DNA from: Promethearchaeota archaeon | GTDB lineage: Archaea; Asgardarchaeota; Lokiarchaeia; Sigyniarchaeales; SOKP01 | Assembly (NCBI GenBank): GCA_029838195.1 | Contig: JALGVJ010000030.1 | Location: forward strand, 1-48,436 | Length of the DNA stretch: 48,436 nt | Reading direction: 5' to 3' | In this document: piece by piece, positions 17,813 through 27,688 of the stretch | How the letters are laid out: each line of letters starts with the position of its first letter | Position numbering within the stretch: position 1 is the stretch's first letter | Program-made: the position numbers and the translations under genes | The notes under the pieces: generated by a model | Database searches by the model: none | The model's input: the letters and a program-made list of their open reading frames with translations, nothing else | Told to the model about the DNA's origin: nothing

Positions 17813-20395
17813 ATGATGCATGAATTAGAAGGTAAAATGAAGAAAAATTTAATCGTCATCGCCGTCCTGCTCATCGTTTCCTTTCTCGTCTTTTCCATCC
17901 CACTCGGATTTATCTCCCCGCTCGGTAAATTACTCTTTCCGGGTGATGGACTATGGAAAACCCCGGGAGAAGTGCCCAAAGAAGAACGCCTCACCCTCCC
18001 TAATTTAAAAGGAAATGTCATCGTCATCCGAGATCAATGGGGCATTCCCCACATTTACGCTGATTACGAAATCGATATGTTTTTCGCCGTGGGCTATCTC
18101 CACGCTCAAGACCGCCTCTTTCAAATGGATATGATACGAAGACAAGTAAGAGGCATGCTCTCTGAAGTAATTGGAGAAGATGGACTGGAAGCCGATAAAT
18201 TTGCTAAAGCCACGGGAATGGAATACTGGGCTAACCAAACCGATTTGAAATTAAAAGAAATCCACGACTCCAGCACCACGGGTTTCTATGCCAATTTAGA
18301 AAATTACGTTGCTGGAATTAATTATTACATCCAAAGCCATCCTAATGAATTGCCCCTTGAATATAGCATCTTAAATCTCGATCCTCCCACGTGGACTACC
18401 TTAGATTCTCTATGCCTCGTCCAAGAAATGGCTCGACAATTATCTTGGAGCTATTCCGATATCTACCACCTCATTAATCTTAAGGCTCTGGGACCTGCTC
18501 TGTTCGAGGAATTATTTGGACTCCCTACTCCTTATCAAATCCCAATTTGTCCGAATTACGGCTCCTATCCCAAAGCTCCCGAAGTCCCTCAAATATCCTA
18601 TTCCACAACCCAAATTCACGCCCAAACGGATGATTCTCTCGCCACTTCTCTGAGAACTTTCGTGAAAAGTATGGAAAAAATAGACCCTGAAAAAGCATTA
18701 ATTGAAAATGAAGATTTAAGGGGTTCTAATAATTGGGTCGTCGACGGGATTAAAACAAAAACGCGAAAACCGATCCTTTGCAACGACATGCACCTCGCGT
18801 GGATAATGCCGGGAGTCTGGTATGAAATGCATTGTGTAGCTAATGACACGGGCCTAAACATCTATGGATTTGCGATACCTGGAATGCCGCTTCCGGCTGT
18901 TGGGCACAATGAATATGTTGCGTGGGGATTTACGAATACAGGATATGATGTCATGGATTGGTATTATTATGATAAAGTTGATGAAAACCATTACATTTAT
19001 AATAAGAAAATAATGGAATATACCACGAGGAATTATACCATCAAGGTGAAGGGACAAAGCCCCGTGGTATTTACGGTAAAGGAAACGGTACATGGCCCCG
19101 TCCTAAGCGAACTAAGGGATTTTGGGCTTTCCGATACGCTTGGTGATGTGGTGCTTGCTTGTCGGTGGACGGCTCAGGATTATTTTTTTAACTTTTTGGC
19201 AGGGTATGGCTTTAATAATGCGAAGAACAGGGCGGATTTTGATAGAGCATCAAGGTATTGGGATACGCTTGCTCAAAACATCGTGTATGCGGATGTTGCG
19301 GGAAACATTGCCATCCGTCCCACGGGAAAAGTTCCCATTCGGTCCGGCAATGGCAGGTTTCCGTACGATGGCTCGCGGGGTGAGGGTGAATGGACGGGCT
19401 ACGTGCCCTTTTCAGAGTTGCCAAATTCCATGAATCCCGATCAGCATTATCTTGCTTCAGCGAATCAACTCGTAGCGGGACCGCAATATCCGAAGCTTCA
19501 AAATGGTTATGCGAGTGGGTATCGAGCACGAAGGATTAATGAGATGCTTTCAGAGGCTCCGGAGTTTAGCATTGACGTGGAGAAAATGATGGTATATCAA
19601 AATGACATAAAATCTTCAGCGGCAGAAGCATTTACACCCTATTTAATTCTTGCTTTACAGAAAAAATACGGTTCAAATCCTCCTGAGCAAATTGCGGCTA
19701 TTTTAAAGGAATTAGAAGGATGGGATTACTTGATGAGTGATACCTTAGTGGCGCCCACAATTTATCGGGTTTGGAGGGAATATTTTTATGAGTTAACTTT
19801 TGAAGATGAATTTGAGAAATACGGTGTTGTTGGAGGACCTAGCCTTAACGTATTGGAATATTTGATGAAAGAGAAGCGATTTTCGCACTGGTTTGATGAT
19901 ATAAATACGAATGGTACTGTGGAAACACGAGATTATATCATTTTATCAGCATTAGACGAGGCAATTGCTTGGCTCGAAAATTTCTATGAATCGAGCAATC
20001 CCTCCGATTGGGTGTATGGTAAAATTCATAAGAAGGAGTTTGTCCACTTGGCAGGAATTAGCTCGCTAAATAAAGGTCCTTATGAAGGAGGTGGTGAAGG
20101 ATATACGGTAAATCCATCGAGAATTAGTTTACGAGAAGATAGCGTGCGGTATGCTCGCGGGGGAGCTTCCGAGCGGCTAATCGTGGATTTAAGTGATTTA
20201 AATAATTCTCGCAGCGTCATTCCTTCCGGACAAAGGGGAATATCCAGTTCGGAGCACTATGCGGATCAATTAGAAGAATTATTCATTCACGGCAAGTATC
20301 ATTATCAGTTCTTTACCAACACGGCCTCTGATTTTCCGCGGGGTGAAATTGAATCCACAATCTATTTTTATTCTGCCGAAGGAGGAGGTGCGTGA
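17813..20395 (+). CDS. Penicillin acylase / S45 Ntn-hydrolase, membrane-anchored
   Basis: RDQWGIPHIYA, GYLHAQDRLFQMD, GSNNW (autoproteolytic Ser), NDMHL, AWGFTN and QNIVYAD motifs. Start may be ATG 17837. Confidence 0.93.
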   Translation: MMHELEGKMKKNLIVIAVLLIVSFLVFSIPLGFISPLGKLLFPGDGLWKTPGEVPKEERLTLPNLKGNVIVIRDQWGIPHIYADYEIDMFFAVGYLHAQDRLFQMDMIRRQVRGMLSEVIGEDGLEADKFAKATGMEYWANQTDLKLKEIHDSSTTGFYANLENYVAGINYYIQSHPNELPLEYSILNLDPPTWTTLDSLCLVQEMARQLSWSYSDIYHLINLKALGPALFEELFGLPTPYQIPICPNYGSYPKAPEVPQISYSTTQIHAQTDDSLATSLRTFVKSMEKIDPEKALIENEDLRGSNNWVVDGIKTKTRKPILCNDMHLAWIMPGVWYEMHCVANDTGLNIYGFAIPGMPLPAVGHNEYVAWGFTNTGYDVMDWYYYDKVDENHYIYNKKIMEYTTRNYTIKVKGQSPVVFTVKETVHGPVLSELRDFGLSDTLGDVVLACRWTAQDYFFNFLAGYGFNNAKNRADFDRASRYWDTLAQNIVYADVAGNIAIRPTGKVPIRSGNGRFPYDGSRGEGEWTGYVPFSELPNSMNPDQHYLASANQLVAGPQYPKLQNGYASGYRARRINEMLSEAPEFSIDVEKMMVYQNDIKSSAAEAFTPYLILALQKKYGSNPPEQIAAILKELEGWDYLMSDTLVAPTIYRVWREYFYELTFEDEFEKYGVVGGPSLNVLEYLMKEKRFSHWFDDINTNGTVETRDYIILSALDEAIAWLENFYESSNPSDWVYGKIHKKEFVHLAGISSLNKGPYEGGGEGYTVNPSRISLREDSVRYARGGASERLIVDLSDLNNSRSVIPSGQRGISSSEHYADQLEELFIHGKYHYQFFTNTASDFPRGEIESTIYFYSAEGGGA

Positions 20396-20784
20396 AATTG
20401 GAACAAGAGGATAAAATGTTTGCGTTAGGAACCATTAGTGCGGCAATCGCAGCTGGGCTATTAGCATTAATACCGTTCTGGCAATTGGTGGTAATAGCCG
20501 GAATTATTGGCGGTTACTTTAATCAGAGGATGAGAAGGAGCATTTTAAGCGGAGCATTGGGAGTCTGCGCCTATTGGACGGGATATGCGATTTATTTCAT
20601 GATAACAATTAATGCTTATGTCATTTTAGACCAAATTGGTGGGCTTTTTCTAGCAGAAGGGTTTGGATGGTTCATCTTGCTGATCATCCTTGGAATGGGC
20701 GCAATATTTGGCGCATTGGGAGGAGCATTAGGAAATGTCATGAGAATTCTAACGAAAGAAAAAACGACGGAACGAGCAGATTGA
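20392..20784 (+). CDS. Small Gly-rich membrane protein translationally coupled to the acylase
   Basis: GTGA start/stop overlap, strong SD GGAGGAGGTG, about 4 TM with GxxxG repeats. Confidence 0.8.
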   Translation: MKLEQEDKMFALGTISAAIAAGLLALIPFWQLVVIAGIIGGYFNQRMRRSILSGALGVCAYWTGYAIYFMITINAYVILDQIGGLFLAEGFGWFILLIILGMGAIFGALGGALGNVMRILTKEKTTERAD

Positions 20785-20804
20785 ATTTACTGGATAAAAT
20801 ATTC

Positions 20805-20888
20805 CAATTCTTTTTTTTCTTTTTACTTTTCCTTTTTTTATTTTCTTTTTCTTTCATTTTTTTCATTTCTTACTCAGGATTTTTTTTT
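20805..20888 (+). terminator. Long T-rich (oligo-U) archaeal-type terminator tract
   Basis: About 80 nt of nearly pure pyrimidine with repeated T runs directly after the acylase operon. Confidence 0.5.
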
Positions 20889-21113
20889 AACTCGGTCTTG
20901 GAAGGTCCTAAGGGACGTTTCATGATAGTTCTTTTTCTTAGTAAGTACGAAAAAATTTTCATCAAAAATTCTTTCAGGATACGGTGCTTGAAATGCATTT
21001 AATTCTCCCGTTAAATTCAAGTTCAATTCAAGCTATGGTCAATACCCGCGTCCCGTTTGGAAAGTTCTAATTCAAATAATTAATTAGAGATCCATCATTT
21101 TAGAAAGCTTAAC

Positions 21114-22397
21114 ATGAAACACGTACTTTCAAAGCTTTCAAATCTTTTCACTCAACTGACTCTCTCTTGGATAGACCAGTCAAGAGACTTGTTAGATAGC
21201 GCTTTTCAGGAAGAATTCATGCAAATATTTCCCAATTTAAAATTGGTCTTTCAGGATGTAAGAGAAAGGAATCCTTCTGAATTCAAACGCACGATACAGC
21301 ACGTATTTCGAGCTCTTAAAGTGTACTTTCTATTAAAGGAAAAAGCCATTTTTCATGATACACTTTCTCGAGAATCTCATGGGAAGTTAAGAGAAAAAAT
21401 TAAGAAAATAGAGGAACATAATGAAGCTTTACTCCTCTTAATCTTAGTATATCACGATATTGGACGGGTTTATGTTAGAAAGAATCATCCGCAAAAAAGT
21501 CATGAGCTCTTGTTAAAACATGATCTACTTTCACCTTATTCCCTTAATAGAATGGAAAAACTTCTCATTGCCAAAGTGATTCAATACCATCTTTTATTTG
21601 CGACGATTTATACAGGAGAGTCTACTTTTTATGGAATATACTCTTTACTCAATGATCCCGAATTTCAAGTTTTTCGAGCAGACAAGAAACGTGTTTCTAT
21701 ATTCGTAGATGTATTAGAAATTTTTACGTTTATTGATATTTTAGGTTATTCCTACGCCACGGTGCATGACCATTATTTAGAATATTACGAGCAAATTAAT
21801 CATATCTTGAAACAACTTCTTTCATCTCTCGAAAACGATGAAAAGATCTTGGAAAAGGCGCTACAACTCTCTGAAAAATGGTTAGAGTGGAGATTAGCCG
21901 GAGGCTTGCGAATTTTCCAATTCATAAAGACCAAACCATATTTAACCGAGGAGTTCTTTTTTACTAAATTAAAAAACGCCCTTCTCTCCCTAAAAGATGA
22001 AGAATTTAAAAAGTTAGATTGGATGGCTCTAAAAAAAGAATATTTAATCCATGCATGTAAAGTTCAACTACAATATGGGCTTGGTATTCTCATGCTCTTG
22101 GCTTTTGGGAGTTTTTTTAGAAAACCGATGGCTAAGAACCAAGAAATTTCTCCACGCTATCTTTATTTTTGGCTTCTACTTTCAAGAGAAATCAAAAAGA
22201 GGGCATCTAAAAGGGAAAAACTGCCATGGAATGTCTATTTTGATGGGCTTCCCCATTGGACAGAATGGAAAAAATCTATGGTTGATAAGCTTACTGATGG
22301 AAATTTAAAGTCCATCATCGAAAATGCAAGAGAAGAAATGAACTATTCCAAAAATGAGATAAATCTGTTTTTGGATTTTAAGAAAATAATGGACTAA
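21114..22397 (+). CDS. HD-domain-like protein of unknown function
   Basis: H (QHV)...YHDIGR...NHP...YHL...D pattern. Confidence 0.65.
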   Translation: MKHVLSKLSNLFTQLTLSWIDQSRDLLDSAFQEEFMQIFPNLKLVFQDVRERNPSEFKRTIQHVFRALKVYFLLKEKAIFHDTLSRESHGKLREKIKKIEEHNEALLLLILVYHDIGRVYVRKNHPQKSHELLLKHDLLSPYSLNRMEKLLIAKVIQYHLLFATIYTGESTFYGIYSLLNDPEFQVFRADKKRVSIFVDVLEIFTFIDILGYSYATVHDHYLEYYEQINHILKQLLSSLENDEKILEKALQLSEKWLEWRLAGGLRIFQFIKTKPYLTEEFFFTKLKNALLSLKDEEFKKLDWMALKKEYLIHACKVQLQYGLGILMLLAFGSFFRKPMAKNQEISPRYLYFWLLLSREIKKRASKREKLPWNVYFDGLPHWTEWKKSMVDKLTDGNLKSIIENAREEMNYSKNEINLFLDFKKIMD

Positions 22398-22589
22398 ATC
22401 TTTATCTCATCTCCTTTCTTATCTTGCTCCCATAAGCTAATAAATCATGATTCCTCTCAAGACGACCCTCTTGAAATTCTCTCATTAAATGTGTATTTCT
22501 CTCAAAACCTTCCAGATCAAAACTCATTAGGATTTTAACGGCACTCAGTCTCAAGGGAAATAAAAAAAATAATAAAAAAATAAAATGAT

Positions 22590-23180
22590 TTAAAAAAATT
22601 CTTCCTTACTCATTAATACGGAAAAGCACCCATAAAAGATGCCATTAATAATTCCTGCAATAATTAATGAAAGGAGCAATTGAAAGCCTGGAATGCCGTG
22701 CTCTCTAAATATTAATAATTGAAACCTCAGGAATACAATGTTCGTGTCGGGATCAATCATGCCAAGAATCAAAAATACGAGTAAAATAGTTATACTTAAT
22801 ATTGAAATTAAAAACCATGCGCCAAAAGCAGCTCCCTTACTCCCTGCCAACCGTCCCGTTATCAGTGCTGATATTAAAGGAATTAAAAAATAGCCGATAA
22901 AAATCACGAGCTGAAAAGGGGAACCATCTCCTCCATTGCCTCTGGGAAATGCAGCTATGCGAAATGTGCCCAATATCAGCTTGGTAAGAAGAAAAATTAC
23001 TTCAAATGGGGGAAAAATAATGCCATTGAATAATATTACAATTAACGACCCTATATTTGTCAATGCGATAAGCCAAGTAAGGAAATTCCCGCTCAATAGA
23101 CTGGTGAGCAAGGAAAATGCAAAATTCAGCACGATAAACACCGCCATTCCTATACCCAATCCTTTCCCAAAACTACTCAT
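22590..23180 (-). CDS. Hypothetical polytopic membrane protein
   Basis: About 5 hydrophobic helices. Confidence 0.75.
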   Translation of the reverse strand: MSSFGKGLGIGMAVFIVLNFAFSLLTSLLSGNFLTWLIALTNIGSLIVILFNGIIFPPFEVIFLLTKLILGTFRIAAFPRGNGGDGSPFQLVIFIGYFLIPLISALITGRLAGSKGAAFGAWFLISILSITILLVFLILGMIDPDTNIVFLRFQLLIFREHGIPGFQLLLSLIIAGIINGIFYGCFSVLMSKEEFF

Positions 23181-23428
23181 AACTCTTTTCTACTCAAATT
23201 ATTAATTTTTAAGTCTTATTCCACTTTGATAGGGTGATAAATAATTTATTCATCTTTAATTTTTTGTTATTTCTTCAAATCTCCCGTAGGGTTATTTCGC
23301 AAGACTCTCGTGCCTCTTTTTCCCCTTTATCTTCACTTTTGCCTTTTTTTAATCGACCCCTCCAGTTTCATGTCTCCATTTTTTATCATGATAAATTATT
23401 TATGATAAAGCATGACTTACAAGATTAG

Positions 23429-24886
23429 ATGACAATGAAAGAAATTGAACCGAAAATTTTGAGTAAAGAAGAAATAGAAAGAATCCCCGCCGGAATTAAT
23501 GAAGAAGATCTTCTTGAATTTGAAAAACACGTGCTAAATTCCTTTGTAGAAGAACTCACTCCCATTGAAGCTAAAGAACCTGGCTCCGCCTGGGTAAAAG
23601 TAAGAGCAAAAGATGGTTCTATGAAAGAAATCCTCGATGTCACTTCAATGAACTGGACTCTTACACTCGGATTCGCCCATCCGGACGTCAATTATGCCGT
23701 TCTCCAACAAATAAAGCGTCTAACACATGTACGCTATAATGTTTCAACACCAGCAAGAATTAAATTGGTAAATAAGCTTGCAGAACTAGCTCCTGGAAAA
23801 TTAAAGGGAGGCCGGGTATCTTTGAATTGTGAAGGTGGAGGAATGGCCAATGAAGCTGCTCTGAAACTCGCTTTAATGGAATCGCGAGGAGCGGACCTTT
23901 TTGGCGTTTTTTTCGGAGGATATCACGGCAACTCATTGGTGACAATGACGGCGTCCCAACCGATTCATGTCGCTACCCGCTTTACCAGCCTGGCGCAAAG
24001 AAATTTTTTCCGAATGCCTTATCCCTATTGTTATCGATGCCTGTGGAATTATAAAGAAGGATTGTACGGAAAAAAAGATCCCAGTTGCAATCTTGAATGT
24101 TTCAATTTAGTGGAACAATATATTAGAGGAATGGCACCCCGCAAACTTGCAGGCGTTTTAATCGAGCCCAATCAAGCAGGTGGCGGTCAGATTCCTGCCC
24201 CTCCTGAATTTTTATTGAAATTAAAAGAAGTTTGTGAGCAAGAAAAAGTATTTCTCATTTATGATGAGTGCCAAACATGCATGTGGAGATGTGGAAAATA
24301 TTTCACGCTCACTGAACGGTATGAAAAAGAATTAAACTTGGATGTTTCGCCTGACATGATGACAATGACAAAAGGCATTGCCGGTGGCTTTCCTTTGGGA
24401 GTATTATTAGCGAATCCTAAAATTAGGAAACAATTTGGTCCTTCAGAGGAGCATACTACTTTCAGCTCTGACCCCGTAGCGATGGCAGCTTCTCTTGCTG
24501 CCATCCGCGTGATGGAGGAGGGCAAGTATGGAGAGAATTGTGAAAAAATGGGAAATAAAATAACCAAACGCCTATTAGAGATGCAAGAAGAGTTAGAGGT
24601 TATTGGAGATGTTCGGGGAGCGGGGTTATTTATTGGAGTAGAATTAGTGAAGAATAAGGATACTCGAGAACCTTTTAATGATTTGTGTGAAGAAATGGTT
24701 CTTTTAGCACCGGAGCATGGGCTCTATTTAGGGCAGAGCATGCCATATCTGAGTACGAAGGGAGAGATTTTGAGACATAATGTAGTGAAAATTAAGCCAC
24801 CCCTCATCATTACGGATGAGGATTGTGATTTTATTCTAGAGAACTTCGAAATAATTTTGAAGGAAGCTCTGAATAAAGTTAAATAA
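23429..24886 (+). CDS. Class III PLP-dependent aminotransferase
   Basis: YHGNS, IEPNQAGGG, YDECQT, TKGIAGGFP (PLP Lys), HTTF, DVRGAGL.IGVE and PPL motifs. Confidence 0.9.
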   Translation: MTMKEIEPKILSKEEIERIPAGINEEDLLEFEKHVLNSFVEELTPIEAKEPGSAWVKVRAKDGSMKEILDVTSMNWTLTLGFAHPDVNYAVLQQIKRLTHVRYNVSTPARIKLVNKLAELAPGKLKGGRVSLNCEGGGMANEAALKLALMESRGADLFGVFFGGYHGNSLVTMTASQPIHVATRFTSLAQRNFFRMPYPYCYRCLWNYKEGLYGKKDPSCNLECFNLVEQYIRGMAPRKLAGVLIEPNQAGGGQIPAPPEFLLKLKEVCEQEKVFLIYDECQTCMWRCGKYFTLTERYEKELNLDVSPDMMTMTKGIAGGFPLGVLLANPKIRKQFGPSEEHTTFSSDPVAMAASLAAIRVMEEGKYGENCEKMGNKITKRLLEMQEELEVIGDVRGAGLFIGVELVKNKDTREPFNDLCEEMVLLAPEHGLYLGQSMPYLSTKGEILRHNVVKIKPPLIITDEDCDFILENFEIILKEALNKVK

Positions 24887-25067
24887 ATCATTTTTTAATT
24901 TTTTTTCCTATACTTAAATATTTTGATCTAATTTAAACCTTCTTTAAATCAAAAATAGGAAATAGATGCTACGTAAAACGTCCATTCTCCTTCAAATTTG
25001 TTTTAAAAACGACCCTAAAAAAATTACTATATTAACATTTTTAATGAAAATACAAGATGCATTTAGT

Positions 25068-26306
25068 TCAAAGTGTTCTCGGAATCTTAAGCATGCAACA
25101 ATTTTTATATTTTCTTCCACTTCCACAAGGACAAGCATCATTTCTCCCGATTTTTTTAAAATCATGCTTAACAGGAAGGGTAATATCATGTTCAAGACGA
25201 ATCTTTTTAGCAAGAGACTGAAAATAAGGAAGTGAGTGAGCATAAAATTTTTTCCACCCTGTACATAAAACACTTAACGTTCTAGAATTATTATTTACTC
25301 GAAACTTTTGACAGTCACCATGACATAAAGAAATAAAAGGACAAGCATTACACGCTTTATTCCATGCACTCTTACTAGTACCAAAACGATAGTAAATTGG
25401 AGAATTTAGGAGGTCTTCCCATGAATCTGTCAAGATATTCCCAAGGCATAAATCTTTTCGCACGAAGAAATCACAAGGATATACTCCTCCATCATGTTCT
25501 ACCACGAAATATTGTCGACAATCTTTATTCATGTAGCACACGTTATATCTACCATAAACGAAATATTCCAAGATGGAGTCAAAATGTCGAATCGATACAC
25601 GATTTACATCATTTTTAATCCAAATGTCAAAAATCTCGCATAGAAAATCCCCCCATTCCTCTCCTGTAATAGAAAATGGAAATAATTTTTTGTTTTTCTC
25701 ATCATATTCCACACAAGGAATATATTGGTGATAATAAAATTGATGTTTTACGAGGTATTCATAGACTTCTTTTGCGCTTTTAACATTTCTATCATTAACC
25801 AATACTAATATATTAAATTCCACGTTATTTTTTTTCAAATGTTCAATTCCTTTCATTACTAATTCATGAGTGGGCGTGTTACCCCTGGTTTTTCGGTAAT
25901 GATCGTGAATGATTGGAGGACCATCAAGACTCACACCCAGAAGAAATTTATATTTCCCAAAAAATTCGGCTAATTCACTTGAAATCAAGGTTGCATTCGT
26001 TTGAAGGCCATTACTCACCCGTGAACCTGGACGTCCATATTTTTGTTGTAATTTCACTACCTTTTTGAAAAAATCAATTCCCATGAGGGTCGGTTCTCCT
26101 CCTTGCCATCCAAACACGTAATGACCATTTTGTTCCGTTGCCATGTAACTTGAAATCATTTTTTCCAATATTTCATCGGACATGCGGGGTTTTTTTCCTT
26201 CATTTTGGAGGTGATCAATATAAAAACAATATTTACATCGGAGATTGCAATCGGCACCCGCAGGTTTTATGAGAAGAGAAAAAGGTTTCATGATGTGGTT
26301 AATCAT
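25068..26306 (-). CDS. Anaerobic sulfatase maturase (radical SAM/SPASM) with C-terminal SEC-C motif
   Basis: IKP....CNLRCKYC, WQGGEPTL, YPCDF, SPASM Cys cluster, IGRNDACPCGSGRKYKNCC. Confidence 0.93.
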   Translation of the reverse strand: MINHIMKPFSLLIKPAGADCNLRCKYCFYIDHLQNEGKKPRMSDEILEKMISSYMATEQNGHYVFGWQGGEPTLMGIDFFKKVVKLQQKYGRPGSRVSNGLQTNATLISSELAEFFGKYKFLLGVSLDGPPIIHDHYRKTRGNTPTHELVMKGIEHLKKNNVEFNILVLVNDRNVKSAKEVYEYLVKHQFYYHQYIPCVEYDEKNKKLFPFSITGEEWGDFLCEIFDIWIKNDVNRVSIRHFDSILEYFVYGRYNVCYMNKDCRQYFVVEHDGGVYPCDFFVRKDLCLGNILTDSWEDLLNSPIYYRFGTSKSAWNKACNACPFISLCHGDCQKFRVNNNSRTLSVLCTGWKKFYAHSLPYFQSLAKKIRLEHDITLPVKHDFKKIGRNDACPCGSGRKYKNCCMLKIPRTL

Positions 26307-26436
26307 TTATTAATGAAATATAAAAGTTAATCCAAGTATGATAGAAAGCTATGTTAGGAATTTAAAAAATTTAACCTCATGAAATTGTTAATTGTTCATT
26401 TAAATGGGATAATATTTTTAGAATGATTGCGAAATT

Positions 26437-27546
26437 TTAATTTTTAATTTGAGAAAAAGTTCCTACTATTCGGGATTTATTTTTAAATTTATTCATCTCC
26501 ATGATGATACCTTTCAATCCCGCCCCATCATGGATTAAAGTTTTTTCAAATTTCATTAACATTATTCCTTGCCCACCGGGTTTTATTTCTTCTCCTTCTA
26601 TAAATTTAAATGGAGAAACTTTTAACTCAACCATGGCGTGATATTCCATATTAGCTTTTGATGTGATGATCTCCTCTTTTGGTTTGTAGAATGGATTAAT
26701 CTTAATTAAGGCTTTAATTTGCTTTTCCCCTCTAAATATTCCTGGCGTTGCTAATAAGTTATCGCGATTGATCTCATTAGGCGAAATTTTTCCTTTCAAT
26801 GCTAATCCAACACGATCTCCTTGCTTTGCCTCTTTAAATGCTCTGTCATTCTTTTGAATGCTTCTTATGATGACTTTTTTAGAAGGGCCTTCGAATCCCG
26901 TAAGCTCTAATAATTGATTTACCTTAACTTCTCCTTTATCGACCATTCCGAGAATGACCGTTCCAATTCCCTTTACAGGAAATGCATGATCTATTAAAAC
27001 TTTCGTGTAGGAATGATTTTGAACCATATTAGTAGCTTTTTCTCCAAGTTTTAGGATTATATTTTTTAAATCTTTTATGTCTTCTTTCGTTCTCAATTCG
27101 AAAATAATGGACTTCTTTAAACTCGTAGTATTGAGAATTTTATTTAATTTATTTTTCAACTCCTTTAACTTCCATTCAGTTGCTCCGGATATTCCCGTAA
27201 TCACGAATAATGGTTGGCAATAAGCCCGATCTCGGTGAAAAGTATCCATTCCTAATAAAATCTCTCCTATTTCCGCATTCAAGCCTTTTTCAACATCAAT
27301 CACTAAAAGATGAATTTTCGTGAGAGATAAAACCTGCAAAAAAGGCTTTATTTTATCAGGATAATCAAGAGGCGTTAAAGCACAAAAAATCTGGTTTAAA
27401 GTAGCATCTAATCTATTATAAAATAAAATGTCGGATTTAGTCCCCGGAGAACCCAAACCTTGTCCAATTAAATTAGAGGATTCAAATTTATTTCCAAAAA
27501 TTCCAATGCTAATCGTTAATTCGTCTTGAACCGCTTGTTGATCCAT
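26437..27546 (-). CDS. Archaeal SelB-like protein (aSelBL): degenerate G domain plus EF-Tu domains II/III
   Basis: IDHAFPVKGIGTVILG, IRSIQ and GDRVGLALK; N-terminal LGSPGTKSDILFYN and YPDKI; no canonical P-loop. Confidence 0.85.
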   Translation of the reverse strand: MDQQAVQDELTISIGIFGNKFESSNLIGQGLGSPGTKSDILFYNRLDATLNQIFCALTPLDYPDKIKPFLQVLSLTKIHLLVIDVEKGLNAEIGEILLGMDTFHRDRAYCQPLFVITGISGATEWKLKELKNKLNKILNTTSLKKSIIFELRTKEDIKDLKNIILKLGEKATNMVQNHSYTKVLIDHAFPVKGIGTVILGMVDKGEVKVNQLLELTGFEGPSKKVIIRSIQKNDRAFKEAKQGDRVGLALKGKISPNEINRDNLLATPGIFRGEKQIKALIKINPFYKPKEEIITSKANMEYHAMVELKVSPFKFIEGEEIKPGGQGIMLMKFEKTLIHDGAGLKGIIMEMNKFKNKSRIVGTFSQIKN

Positions 27547-27688
27547 GATAATTAAAAGAATCCATCAAACTAAACCTTTATTGAAGAAAATTATGATAAA
27601 ACGGGTTAATTCGCCTTTTTTTAAAGATCATTGCAGAATTTTTTCATGAATTTTAAAAAGTACTAAGATTTCGGGACCGAAATTTAGT

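Noticed and set aside
20667-21002. 111-aa poly-Phe ORF
   Set aside because: Artefact of the T-rich terminator tract.
24966-25273. Short ORFs overlapping the maturase 3' end, and the other nested 60-110 aa ORFs in the track
   Set aside because: They lie within or antisense to well-supported genes and carry no motifs.
26437-27546. True selenocysteine elongation factor SelB
   Set aside because: Lacks G1/G3/G4 motifs and the C-terminal extension.
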